DNA from: Armatimonadota bacterium
GTDB lineage: Bacteria; Armatimonadota; Armatimonadia; Armatimonadales; Armatimonadaceae
Direction: 5' to 3'
NCBI GenBank assembly: GCA_043754515.1
Contig: JAYUUO010000008.1
Span: 1-19,610 of the forward strand
DNA length: 19,610 bases
In this document: piece after piece, positions 1-9,314 of the stretch
Layout: the number at the start of each line of letters is the position of its first letter
Position numbering within the stretch: the stretch's first letter is position 1
The notes under the pieces: model-generated
Database searches by the model: none
Told to the model about the DNA's origin: nothing
What the model saw: the letters and a program-made list of their open reading frames with translations, nothing else
Made by a program: the position numbers and the translations under genes

Positions 1-1791
1 AACGCTCCGGGGCAGGCGGGCAAGACGAAGTTCGTCGTCGCGTTGCCCCCGGACGGCCAGTCGCGCTCCACGACCGAGGCGATCCTGCGCCAGCATAAAG
101 TGCAGTTCGACTACGCGCAGTCCCCCGTGCAGGACGCGGTAGCCGGGATGATCGCGCCGGCACTGCTCGGGATCGTCTGCATCGGGCTGTTTTATTTCCT
201 GATGGTGCGGCAGGCGCAGAGCGGTGGGAACCAGGCACTGAACTTCGGACGGGCCAAACCGCGCCGCCCGAACGAGAACGTCCCCAAGGTGTCATTCGAC
301 GACGTGGCGGGGGTCGAGGAGGCGAAGCAGGATCTTAAGGAGATCGTTGACTTCCTCAAAAATGCGAAAAAGTACCAGGCATTAGGCGCGAAGATTCCTA
401 AAGGTGTTCTTCTGCTGGGTCCTCCGGGATCGGGCAAGACGCTTCTGGCACGCGCCATCGCGGGTGAGGCGGGGGTTCCGTTCTTCCACATTTCCGGGTC
501 GGACTTCGTGGAGATGTTCGTCGGCGTCGGCGCGTCGCGTGTGCGTGACCTGTTCGAGACCGCGAAGCAGAACCGCCCGGCACTCGTATTCATTGACGAG
601 ATTGACGCGGTAGGGCGACAGCGCGGCGCGGGCTGGGGCGGCGGGCACGACGAGCGCGAGCAGACGCTGAACCAACTCCTCGTGGAGATGGACGGCTTCG
701 ACCCGAACAGCGGCGTGATCCTGATCGCCGCGACGAACCGCCCGGATGTGCTGGACCCGGCACTGCTCCGCCCCGGTCGCTTCGACCGGCGTGTGGTAGT
801 GGACGCGCCTGATCAGCTGGGGCGCAAGGCGATCCTCGGGGTACACACCCGTGGCAAGCCGCTCGACGAGGACGTTGACATTGACAGCATCGCCAAGCGT
901 ACACCCGGATTTTCCGGCGCGGAGCTTGCGAACCTCGTGAACGAGGCGGCGTTGATGGCGGCGCGTAAAGACAAGACGCGCATTGACATGTCGGACTTCG
1001 AGTCGGCGGTGGATCGGCAGATGATGGGACCGGAGCGCAAGAGCCGGATCATGTCGGACACGATCAAGCGGCGCACGGCGGTTCACGAGGCGGGTCACGC
1101 GATTGTGGGCGAACTGCTCGCCAACTGCGATCCCATTCACAAGGTGACGATCCTGCCGCGCGGAATGGCACTCGGGGTCACGATTAGCTTGCCCACCGAG
1201 GAGCGATACAACCGCACCAAGGCGGAGATGGAAGACCGTATCAGTATGGCGCTCGCGGGCCGCGCGGCGGAGCTGAACATCTATGGCGACATGGATACCG
1301 GCGCGGTGTCGGACTTGGATCGCGTCACGGACATCGCGCGGGCGATGGTCTGCGAGTACGGCATGAGCGAGCGGCTCGGGCCGCTACGGTTCGGCAAGCG
1401 GCACGGCTCGCCGTTCCTCGGTCGCGACGGCGGCTCGGAGGAGCGTGATTACTCGGAAGAGGTTGCGCAGATCATTGACGAGGAAATACGCGCGATCATC
1501 GAGCGCAACTACAACCGCGCCGTCGAGATCCTGGGCGCGAACCGTCATGTATTGGATCGGGTGACCGCGGCGGTGGTGGAGCGCGAGACGATCGGTAGAG
1601 ATGAGTTCCTCGCGCTGTTGCAGGACGCCAATATACCGGAACCGGGTGGGCGTACCCCGGACAAGCCGAACACGCCGGAGCCGCCGGGCGCGGTGATTGT
1701 CGCGCCGTCGGAGTCGGAAGGGCAAGGAGTACCGGAGCCATCCCGACCGGTTCCTCCGGTTCGTCCGCGCCTCGAACCGGGCATGGCCTAG
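1..1791 (+). CDS. ftsH: ATP-dependent zinc metalloprotease FtsH (5' end lies outside the window)
   Basis: Frame is open from base 1. TM segment, then FDDVAG, Walker A GPPGSGKT, Walker B FIDEID, SRH ([21 protein letters not shown]), zinc motif HEAGH and a Pro-rich C-terminal tail. Confidence 0.98.
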   Translation, partial: NAPGQAGKTKFVVALPPDGQSRSTTEAILRQHKVQFDYAQSPVQDAVAGMIAPALLGIVCIGLFYFLMVRQAQSGGNQALNFGRAKPRRPNENVPKVSFDDVAGVEEAKQDLKEIVDFLKNAKKYQALGAKIPKGVLLLGPPGSGKTLLARAIAGEAGVPFFHISGSDFVEMFVGVGASRVRDLFETAKQNRPALVFIDEIDAVGRQRGAGWGGGHDEREQTLNQLLVEMDGFDPNSGVILIAATNRPDVLDPALLRPGRFDRRVVVDAPDQLGRKAILGVHTRGKPLDEDVDIDSIAKRTPGFSGAELANLVNEAALMAARKDKTRIDMSDFESAVDRQMMGPERKSRIMSDTIKRRTAVHEAGHAIVGELLANCDPIHKVTILPRGMALGVTISLPTEERYNRTKAEMEDRISMALAGRAAELNIYGDMDTGAVSDLDRVTDIARAMVCEYGMSERLGPLRFGKRHGSPFLGRDGGSEERDYSEEVAQIIDEEIRAIIERNYNRAVEILGANRHVLDRVTAAVVERETIGRDEFLALLQDANIPEPGGRTPDKPNTPEPPGAVIVAPSESEGQGVPEPSRPVPPVRPRLEPGMA

Positions 1792-1819
1792 CGGTTGGTG
1801 AACACATGAGGCGGGGCGG

Positions 1820-1860
1820 ACGGGCGACGATTCTGTTACGGAATCGCCGCCCGTTTTTTT
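1820..1860 (+). terminator. Rho-independent terminator after ftsH
   Basis: Stem acgggcgacgattc (1820-1833) / gaatcgccgcccgt (1841-1854) with one mismatch, followed by a T7 run. Confidence 0.85.
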
Positions 1861-1928
1861 GTTTAACGCCGGTAATATGGTACAACGGAAGTGGCAACCG
1901 TCACGACGCGCCGACTAAAGGAACCCTT

Positions 1929-2264
1929 TTGGACGAAGACCGCATACCGACTAATTTTCGCATGACGCGCCTGGTGCGCACGCAAACCAGTGAAATCTAT
2001 CTGATTTGGGAGGACGAGCGGCGCATCGGGCAACTCGACCTGCATTACGCTCATGACACGGTTCATGGCACTCTCATTCTGGAGGGCGACCTTTCGTTGG
2101 AGCAGGAGGAAGGGCTGATCGCGCAGATTGATGACGACATCGTGCAGGCTTACTTGCCCTCGTTCGACCGCGAAGACTTCTTGGTGACCGTGTTCCGCGG
2201 CGAGGAGATTAGCCACTACACGGACACCTCCGGCGCGATGGATGATCTGGACGACGATGAGTAG
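1929..2264 (+). CDS. Small acidic hypothetical protein (about 111 aa)
   Basis: TTG at 1929 follows the SD-like aaaggaa. The longer 1806 start would run through the terminator. Globular-looking acidic sequence ending DDLDDDE, 6 bp before panC. Confidence 0.8.
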   Translation: MDEDRIPTNFRMTRLVRTQTSEIYLIWEDERRIGQLDLHYAHDTVHGTLILEGDLSLEQEEGLIAQIDDDIVQAYLPSFDREDFLVTVFRGEEISHYTDTSGAMDDLDDDE

Positions 2265-2270
2265 GATGCC

Positions 2271-3140
2271 ATGGAGACGGTAGTCACTATCGCCGGAGTA
2301 CATCGCATCACCGCCGACGCGAAGGCTCGGGGTATCATCATCGGGTTCGTGCCGACAATGGGCGCGTTGCACGAGGGGCATAAGGCACTGATTCGGCAGG
2401 CGCGGCGCGAGTGCGGGTTTGTCGTGGTGAGTATATTCGTCAATCCCACGCAGTTCAACGACCCGAAGGATCTGGAGGCTTACCCACGCCCCCTTGAAAG
2501 CGACCTCGCCGCGTGCGCCGAAGCCGGGGCGGACCTGGTGTTCGCGCCCGGCGTCACCGAAATGTACCCGGCGGGGTTTGCGACACAAGTGTTGATGGAC
2601 TCGCCACTGACGAAAGCCTGGGAAGGCTACTTTCGCCCCGGCCACTTCGCGGGCGTTACCACGGTGGTCGCGAAACTGCTGAACATCGCACGCTGTGACC
2701 GCGCCTACTTCGGAGAAAAGGACTGGCAACAGCTCGCCGTCGTGACGCGCATGGCGCGCGATCTCGCGCTCCCGGTCACCGTCGTAGCCTGTCCCACGGC
2801 GCGGGAAGCGGACGGTCTCGCCATGTCGTCGCGAAACGCGCGTTTGTCGGAAGACGCGCGGAAGACGGCGAAGATGATCCCGTTCCTGCTCGACACCGCG
2901 CAAGACCTGCTCGACTCCGTGACGCCCGAAACCCAGACCGACAAAGGCCCGGTAATCGCGTCGTGGCTCCGCACGCTACTGGAGTCGAACGCACCGGGCG
3001 CGACGCTCGACTACCTGGCTGTCGTTGATCCCGAGACCCTAGCGGAGGTTGACGAGATTACAAGCCGCGCCCTGGTTATCATCGCGGTCCACATCGGCGG
3101 GGTACGCCTTTTGGATAACCGGCTGATCGTACGTCGCTAG
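2271..3140 (+). CDS. panC: Pantoate--beta-alanine ligase
   Basis: FVPTMGALHEGH, SIFVNPTQF, RPGHFAGV, FGEKDWQQ, READGLAMSSRN, RLLDN. Confidence 0.97.
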   Translation: METVVTIAGVHRITADAKARGIIIGFVPTMGALHEGHKALIRQARRECGFVVVSIFVNPTQFNDPKDLEAYPRPLESDLAACAEAGADLVFAPGVTEMYPAGFATQVLMDSPLTKAWEGYFRPGHFAGVTTVVAKLLNIARCDRAYFGEKDWQQLAVVTRMARDLALPVTVVACPTAREADGLAMSSRNARLSEDARKTAKMIPFLLDTAQDLLDSVTPETQTDKGPVIASWLRTLLESNAPGATLDYLAVVDPETLAEVDEITSRALVIIAVHIGGVRLLDNRLIVRR

Positions 3141-5137
3141 CGGGTGAGGTCCGAGCGCGACTCTATAGCCTTCTCGCCGGGGAAACGGAACGGCACTATA
3201 TCCGGGGCGTTCGCGCGGACGGCGACTGTGGCCGCGAACCGGTAATCGCGCCCGTACTCGTCTCGATACAGGGCGAACAGAGTGATGGCGGGAGCTTGCG
3301 TGCCGGGAGGCGGCACGATGGCGATGGCGGCGTGAGGCGGGGCACCGCCGCTACCGTAGCCGTATTGCCGCGAGCCGTCCATCCGAAAGACGCCCGCGCC
3401 CGGCGCGGCGAGAACGTCGTCGCGGGCGGCTACCTCCCAGCGGGTACCCGGTAGCGTCGGGAGATCCACGCCGTTCTCGTCTTTGTAGAGTGCCTTGAAC
3501 ACGATGCGGGTTCCGGGGCGCACTTCCGATGTGAACGGCACCGTGACGACGCGGAAGGTACCGCGCGGCTTCCTAGCTCCCTCGGCGATGATGCCGCCCG
3601 CGAGGAGCAAACAGGCACCAGCCACCCCCGCGCCGACAACACCAGACAGGACCCAGTCGAGGAGCGATGTCGGGCGTGCTATCGCCGGTTGGTCGTCGGG
3701 GGGCGGGGCGGCGGTCGATCCCGCCGTGGAGAATGCGAGTGAAATGCCTTTGCGCGGCGGATCGGAGCGCAAGGCGGCGAGGCCAATGCCCATCCATGCC
3801 AGCCAGAGCGCGTACGTTCCGTGCATCTGGTACATCGGCGAGGCTATCGCGTCCGTCATGCCCGCCGCGACCGCGCCCATTGCCCCGATCGCGAAGGCGC
3901 GACGCTCCGGGGAAGGGGCGACCGCGAACCCACGTAGCATCGCCGCGAACCAGGCTGCCAGGAAGCCGACCTGCAAGAAAAGACCGACCAGACCCGCGTC
4001 CACCCCCCAATGGAGATAGAAGTTATGCGCGCGGTTTTGATGCCCGGTTCCATTGAGGAGTACCTGTATCGTCTCGTCGCCGGAGTGCGTCCACTTGCCC
4101 TGCTCCACGATGAAGCCGCCCAATCCATGGCCTAGCCAGGGTTTTTCGCGGATCATCAGCAGGGCACCCCGCCAGGTGTGAATCCGGGATTGATATGTCT
4201 CGGCACCCTGTGACAAGTTGCCGGTCACCACGCGAGTGATCGCGCCGCCGCGCCGTGAGAGAATGCCAGACACGCCGCCGCCCACCACCAGCACAACCAG
4301 CCCCAGCCCGACCCAGAGGAACGGCGAGTTGAGTAGCCGCCCGACGGGGTGTTCGTTGCGCCGCATCCGCTTCGGCTCGGCACCGCGCCGCCACCGCTCA
4401 CGTAGCACCAGTGACCCGAGCAGGGCGGCGATCACCAAAAGGGAGACGACACCGGCGACCCAGCCGGAGCGCGAGCGGGCCAAGATGAGCGCGAACCCGA
4501 TCACCACGAACGCGAGTTGCGCCGCCAGCCGTTGCCGGTCGTCGCCGTCGGGGAGGAAAGCGAACGCGCCGATGACAGGGAGCAACATCGCCAGAAACCC
4601 GCCCACGGTCATGTGCAGACCGAGCACGCTGGTATCCTGCACGAAATAATTGGTGACGGCACCGGTCGCGCCGAACTTCCCGAAGTCGGCGAAGGCGACG
4701 AACACGGCGAACACCGTGATCCCGATCACGAGCCGCCCGAGTTGACGACCGGTGCCCAGGATGTACGCGCAGGCGAAGTACGCCAGGGTGCCGCCGTAAA
4801 CACGCAGGAGGTCCGTTGTCGCCAGCAAGCGGTACACCGGCGGGGTGGTGAAGTAGCGGTAGGTAGCCCACGCGGTTAACAGCACCAACAGAAGAGTGGG
4901 TGCCTTACACACCGCTCGCGCCATATTTTCGGCGAACCCGCGACAGACCGCTATCGTGGCGATAAGGCCGCCGATTCCGCCCAGAACGCATAGCAATTGC
5001 GCTCCCGGCGGTACGGACGGGGTCTGTGACAGGAACAAGAGCGTCAGGCAGAGCAGGATCAGGAACGAGGGCCACTCCTCCCCGATGTTGAGCGGAAGCG
5101 ACTCACTCGCCGCCGAACGGCGGGGGGGAAGGCTCAT
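3137..5137 (-). CDS. O-antigen ligase (Wzy_C) family polytopic membrane protein with a soluble C-terminal extension
   Basis: Many hydrophobic helices, SRSGW, and the Wzy_C-like loop SRIHTWRGALLMIREKPWLGHGLGGF...RAHNFYLHWGVDAGLVG. ATGA overlap with the upstream glycosyltransferase. Confidence 0.85.
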   Translation of the reverse strand: MSLPPRRSAASESLPLNIGEEWPSFLILLCLTLLFLSQTPSVPPGAQLLCVLGGIGGLIATIAVCRGFAENMARAVCKAPTLLLVLLTAWATYRYFTTPPVYRLLATTDLLRVYGGTLAYFACAYILGTGRQLGRLVIGITVFAVFVAFADFGKFGATGAVTNYFVQDTSVLGLHMTVGGFLAMLLPVIGAFAFLPDGDDRQRLAAQLAFVVIGFALILARSRSGWVAGVVSLLVIAALLGSLVLRERWRRGAEPKRMRRNEHPVGRLLNSPFLWVGLGLVVLVVGGGVSGILSRRGGAITRVVTGNLSQGAETYQSRIHTWRGALLMIREKPWLGHGLGGFIVEQGKWTHSGDETIQVLLNGTGHQNRAHNFYLHWGVDAGLVGLFLQVGFLAAWFAAMLRGFAVAPSPERRAFAIGAMGAVAAGMTDAIASPMYQMHGTYALWLAWMGIGLAALRSDPPRKGISLAFSTAGSTAAPPPDDQPAIARPTSLLDWVLSGVVGAGVAGACLLLAGGIIAEGARKPRGTFRVVTVPFTSEVRPGTRIVFKALYKDENGVDLPTLPGTRWEVAARDDVLAAPGAGVFRMDGSRQYGYGSGGAPPHAAIAIVPPPGTQAPAITLFALYRDEYGRDYRFAATVAVRANAPDIVPFRFPGEKAIESRSDLTR

Positions 5138-6384
5138 CGGCTCGCCCGCGCCGACGACTTGGCGGGGGCGTCCCCGTGCGGTTCTTCATCGCCGCCCCAC
5201 AAAGGAGACCGCGGCTCTATATGGCGCGGCGGTAGCGGCGAATCGTCCTTGCCGTAAGGGGGCGCGATGGCGTTGTAGCGCAACTGGTGCTCGGTGAGGC
5301 ACTCGTCCACCAGTCGTCGCAACCGATTCTGGAAGTGCCGGGTGTCGAAACGCGTCGCGTGAAAGCGGAGACGCTCGCCGTCCACGGCGAGTTGCCCGAC
5401 GCGCTCCAGCGCGTCCGCTACCGAGTCGGCGGTCGGCGCGTCAAAGAAGACGCCGGTTTCGTTCTCGATCACGGTCTCCAGGGCACCCCCGGCGCGGAAG
5501 GCAACCACGGGGCGACCCGACGCCATCGCCTCCACCGGCGCGATTCCGAAATCTTCCTCGCCGGGGAAGATAAACGCCTTGCACTCACGCATCAGGCGCG
5601 CCACGACCGAATCGGACTGGCGTCCCATCACCTCCACGGTCGGACCGGCGAGTGCCTTGAGCCGCTCCAGATCGGCCCCGCCGCCGACCACCTTGAGCGG
5701 GACTCGTAGCTTGTTACATGCCTCAATGGCGATGTCCACCCGCTTGTAGGGGAGTAGTCGCGACACGACCAGAAAGTAATCGCCCGGCTGCTCTTCGGAC
5801 AGGGCAAAACGGTCCGTATCCACGGGGGGATAGAGCACGCGGGACGTTCGTCCGTAATATTTGCGGACGCGGCGAGCGATGTTGTAGGAGTTGGCTAGGA
5901 AGAAATCAACGCGCGTCTGCGCGGCCGCGTAATCCCAGTTGCGTAGGAAATGGAGCATGATGCTCAGTGTGCGACGCGTGGTATTCTTGTAGCCGTTCTG
6001 CGCCAGATACTCGTGAAACCGCCAGGCGAACCGCGCCGGGGTGTGGCAGTAGCAGATGTGGCATGTCTCGGGGCCGGAGATCACCCCTTTCGCAAACCCG
6101 GTCGTGTTCGAGATCAGGCAGTCGTAACCGCTGAAGTCGAACGACTCAAACGCGAGCGGGTATAGCGGAAGCGCGAACTTGTGCCACCTGCCGGAGCGCG
6201 CCCACCCGAAGCGTTGCAGAAATGACGTACGGACGTCCATTTCGGCGAAACAAGGTAGCGTCGCCTTCGCGTCATACACCGACGTGAATATCGGAGCGTC
6301 GGGGAATACCGGGTGCATCGCCTCGACGACGCGTTCCGCGCCGCCCGCTTGTGCCAAATAATCGTGAACAATTCCTACGCGCAT
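5134..6384 (-). CDS. Glycosyltransferase family 4 (GT-B fold)
   Basis: MRVGIVHDYL..GGAERV, VSRLLPYKRVD and the EX7E motif EDFGIAPVEAMASG. ATG at 6384 preferred over TTG at 6423. Confidence 0.93.
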   Translation of the reverse strand: MRVGIVHDYLAQAGGAERVVEAMHPVFPDAPIFTSVYDAKATLPCFAEMDVRTSFLQRFGWARSGRWHKFALPLYPLAFESFDFSGYDCLISNTTGFAKGVISGPETCHICYCHTPARFAWRFHEYLAQNGYKNTTRRTLSIMLHFLRNWDYAAAQTRVDFFLANSYNIARRVRKYYGRTSRVLYPPVDTDRFALSEEQPGDYFLVVSRLLPYKRVDIAIEACNKLRVPLKVVGGGADLERLKALAGPTVEVMGRQSDSVVARLMRECKAFIFPGEEDFGIAPVEAMASGRPVVAFRAGGALETVIENETGVFFDAPTADSVADALERVGQLAVDGERLRFHATRFDTRHFQNRLRRLVDECLTEHQLRYNAIAPPYGKDDSPLPPRHIEPRSPLWGGDEEPHGDAPAKSSARASR

Positions 6385-6446
6385 GATCGGTCTCTGGGTC
6401 CTATGTGATGCTTGGGGGAGCAACGGGGGAATCGGTTAGTAACGCC

Positions 6447-6475
6447 ATTATATCCAAACTTCCCCCGACTGACGA
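6447..6475 (-). promoter_or_regulatory. Sigma70-type promoter for the GT4/ligase operon
   Basis: Minus strand TCGTCA-N17-TATAAT in an AT-rich divergent intergenic region. Confidence 0.55.
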
Positions 6476-6561
6476 TAAAAAGTTTGTGGGAGTGGAAAAA
6501 CTGATATCCATCGTACTCGAGACGACCTTATGATCCGCCCAATTAACACTCCATTGCTCGG

Positions 6562-6567
6562 TACAAT
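6562..6567 (+). promoter_or_regulatory. -10 element for glycerate kinase (probably leaderless)
   Basis: TACAAT ends 6 nt before the ATG at 6574, with no clear SD. Confidence 0.5.
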
Positions 6568-6573
6568 GAGCGT

Positions 6574-7743
6574 ATGAGATATCCCAAAGTAGTCGTCGCG
6601 CCGGACTCGTTCAAAGGCTCCCTGTCGTCGCCTGAGGCGGCGGAAGCGATAGCTAACGGCTGGCGGCGCGTATTCCCCGCCGCGGAACTGATCCTGCTCC
6701 CGGTCGCTGACGGCGGGGAGGGCACGGCCCACACACTCGCGACCGCGACTGGGGGAACGACTCCCTCATTTACAGTAACAGGCCCCCGACACACCCCCGT
6801 GGAGGCGCGACTCGGCGTACTCGGGGGCGGCCATACCGTGGTGGTCGAACTCGCGCAAGCGGCAGGGATCACGCTCATGTCGCCGGGCGAGCGGGACCCG
6901 AAATTTACCTCGACATACGGGGTCGGCGAACTTATCCGGCATGCCGTGCGTCAGCCGGGAGTGGCCCACCTGATTATTGCTCTCGGTGGGTCGGCGACGA
7001 ACGACGGCGGCGCGGGGCTCCTTCAGGCGCTCGGCGTCCTCTTCCTCGATCACGATAAATGCCCCCTCGACGCGGGAGAGGGTGGGGCAGTCCTCTCCTC
7101 GCTCGGCGCGGTTGACTTCGCCCATGCCGAACGGTTTCCGCGACTGGCCGTCTCGATTGCATGCGACGTGGACGCGCCGCTGCGCGGGCCGCGCGGCGCG
7201 TCCGCCGTGTTCGGCCCGCAGAAGGGCGCGACTCCCGGCGACGTGGATCTGCTGGACGCCGCGCTCGCCACATATGCCACGGTCATGACGGCGGCAACCC
7301 GTCGAGACGTGGCGTCATTACCCGGCGCGGGCGCGGCGGGGGGCGCGGCGGCCGGATTGCTATGGCTATTTCCACAGGCGACCCTGCGTCCGGGAATCGA
7401 ACTCGTACTCGACGCGGTAGATTTCGACGAGGCTGTCAAAGGTGCCGACGTCGTTCTTACTGGCGAGGGGCGTCTCGACTCCCAAACGCTGGGTGGGAAG
7501 GTGATCGCCGGGGTTGCCCGCCGCGCGAAGCGGATCAACCCGGCGGTTTTCGTGGGCGCGTTCGTCGGCTCGGTCGCCCCTGACGTCACGCGGGAGCATA
7601 TGGATGCAATGGGCCTGGACGCCGTGATGCCGCTTCCGCCGGGGCCGATGACACTTGACGAAGCCCTCGCGGATGCGGCTACTCACCTCGTGGTGGCGGC
7701 TGAGCGTGCCGCGAGATGGTACAGGGGCAACGCCCACGACTAG
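6574..7743 (+). CDS. glxK: Glycerate kinase (GlxK/GarK family)
   Basis: APDSFKGSL, ADGGEGT, GGSATNDGG, FGPQKGA, GAGAAGG, TGEGRLDSQTLGGK. Confidence 0.95.
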   Translation: MRYPKVVVAPDSFKGSLSSPEAAEAIANGWRRVFPAAELILLPVADGGEGTAHTLATATGGTTPSFTVTGPRHTPVEARLGVLGGGHTVVVELAQAAGITLMSPGERDPKFTSTYGVGELIRHAVRQPGVAHLIIALGGSATNDGGAGLLQALGVLFLDHDKCPLDAGEGGAVLSSLGAVDFAHAERFPRLAVSIACDVDAPLRGPRGASAVFGPQKGATPGDVDLLDAALATYATVMTAATRRDVASLPGAGAAGGAAAGLLWLFPQATLRPGIELVLDAVDFDEAVKGADVVLTGEGRLDSQTLGGKVIAGVARRAKRINPAVFVGAFVGSVAPDVTREHMDAMGLDAVMPLPPGPMTLDEALADAATHLVVAAERAARWYRGNAHD

Positions 7744-8201
7744 TTCGGGGTTTTCTCCATGATCGGTGTCTTTTGCGTCACCGGGATCTTGTCCGTGGCC
7801 GATGTCGCCGCGCCCGCGCCGATCATCTCGTTCGCCTCGTCGAGCAGTTCGCGCCAGTGTCGGTGCTCGGGCGCGAATGAGACCGCCTTTCTCAGATACT
7901 TCGCCGCAGCCGCGCCGTCCTTCTGTCGGAGCGAGATCTCACCCAGAGAGCCGAGCAGATGGTCGTTGTTCTTGTCGTAGCGCAAGGCTTGCTCTAACAT
8001 ACGACGCGCCCCCGCGTCATCACCCTCCCGCGTGGTGATCTGCGCGAGGATGGCTTGCGCATGGCTTTCCTGGGGATCCTGTGCGAGAGCCGCCCGCGCC
8101 ATCGTCTTAGCCTCATCGTCCTTCTTTACATGAAGCAAAAGACCGGCGAGGATGGCCTTCGCCTCGGCGTTTCGCGGCTCGCTCTTCACCTGCGCCTCGA
8201 T
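7740..8201 (-). pseudogene. 3' part of a tetratricopeptide-repeat protein gene, fused in frame to the czcA-like fragment
   Basis: About 153 aa with 3-4 TPR-like units (EAKTMARAALAQDP, GARRMLEQALRYDK, AAAKYLRKAVSFAP). No evident start or RBS of its own. Confidence 0.75.
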
Positions 8202-9310
8202 CACTCCCTCGATCAGGTTGTGCTCCACCGTGCGTGTGGTGGTATGTACTAGATCCGAGCGATCCAAGAGGGGGACGATCCGAACGCCTTCGGGTAGCCG
8301 CGTTCCATCGTTCAGATGCTCGACGGTTTTATGGGTCTCTTCCAACACCGCGTCGGGGCTTTCGCCGCGCTGGAGCAGAACCAGTCCGAGAACCGCGTCG
8401 TCCACGTCGGTCTGACTCTGACCCACGCGCCAACCGACCTTACCGAGGCGCGGGCGCGCCCCGATGTGAACCGAGGCCACGTCGCGCACTGTGAGTGGCG
8501 TTCCGTTCATAGACGTTACGGTCACGGACTCGATGTCGCGGATGTCGCGAAACAAGCCTAAGCCGCGCACCACATACTCATCGCTCCCGTGCTCTATGAA
8601 CCCACCGCCCGCCGAAGCGTTGGCCACCACCACCGCGTCCGTGACCTGTTTGATCGTGACACCGCGGGCGCGGAGACGGGCGGGATCGAGTTGAATCTGG
8701 TACTCCTTTTCCAACCCGCCGAATGTCGAGACGTCCGCGACGCCTGGAATACTTCTGAGACGCCGGGTGACGGTCCAGTCCTGCAACGTCCTCAGCGTCG
8801 TCAGATCCGCGCCGACTAGCGTATAGCGATAGATCTCGCCGGTCGCTGACGATAACGGCGAATAGTTGGGTTGTAGCCCCGCCGGAAGGTTCACCTGACT
8901 CACTTGTTCAGCGATGCGTTGGCGGGCGAAATAATCTTCCACCCCATCGTTGAACTGAAGGTACACCACCGACAACCCGAACAGCGAGCGGCTACGGACG
9001 CTGCTACGTCCATGTCGCTGAAGTCCATCCCCACTTCCACCGACAACCCGAATAGCGAGCGGCTACGGACGCTCTGCACGCCGGGCACGCCGTTCAAACT
9101 GGTTTCCAGCGGCACGGTGACCAGTTTCTCCACCTCCTCGGCGGCGTGACCGGGCCACTGCGTGATGACCTGTACCTGCGCGTTCATGACGTCGGGGTAG
9201 GCTTCAATAGGCAGTTGCGTGAAGGAGTAGCCGCCCCAAACGAGAAGAGCGACAGCGGCGATCATCATCAGAACCCGCTGTTTCAGTGCCAGCTCTACGA
9301 GTTGTTGCAT
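8202..9310 (-). pseudogene. CzcA/CusA-family heavy-metal RND transporter: N-terminal third only, frameshifted by a 71-bp insertion
   Basis: LPIEAYPDV..QVQVITQWPGHAAEEVEKLVTVPLE, SLFGLSVVYLQF, GEIYRYTL, LRTLQDW, ending at VEHNLIEGV just before TM2. Removing 71 bp (for example 9003-9073) restores a 346-codon frame. Full-length members are about 1050 aa. Confidence 0.92.
8966..9073. repeat. 37-bp direct repeat (two copies) separated by a 34-bp unique insert
   Basis: 8966-9002 ccaccgacaacccgaacagcgagcggctacggacgct and 9037-9073 ccaccgacaacccgaatagcgagcggctacggacgct (36/37 identical). Insert 9003-9036 gctacgtccatgtcgctgaagtccatccccactt. Confidence 0.97.
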
Positions 9311-9314
9311 CGGG

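Noticed and set aside
1806..1928. N-terminal extension of the 152-aa ORF
   Set aside because: It runs through the ftsH terminator and a promoter-like sequence. TTG at 1929 has an SD.
1863..2903. Long antisense ORFs (also 382-1140, 16591-17397, 18192-18926 and many shorter ones)
   Set aside because: Shadow frames of well-supported genes in GC-rich DNA, with no recognisable motifs.
7740..8975. The 411-aa ORF as an independent gene
   Set aside because: Its TTG start is an internal Leu codon inside the duplicated segment. It is the downstream half of the frameshifted czcA plus the TPR tail.
8966..9073. Bona fide CRISPR array
   Set aside because: Only two repeats, the repeat is native czcA coding sequence, and there is no leader or cas gene in the window. 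Reported as a repeat and as a candidate ectopic integration instead.
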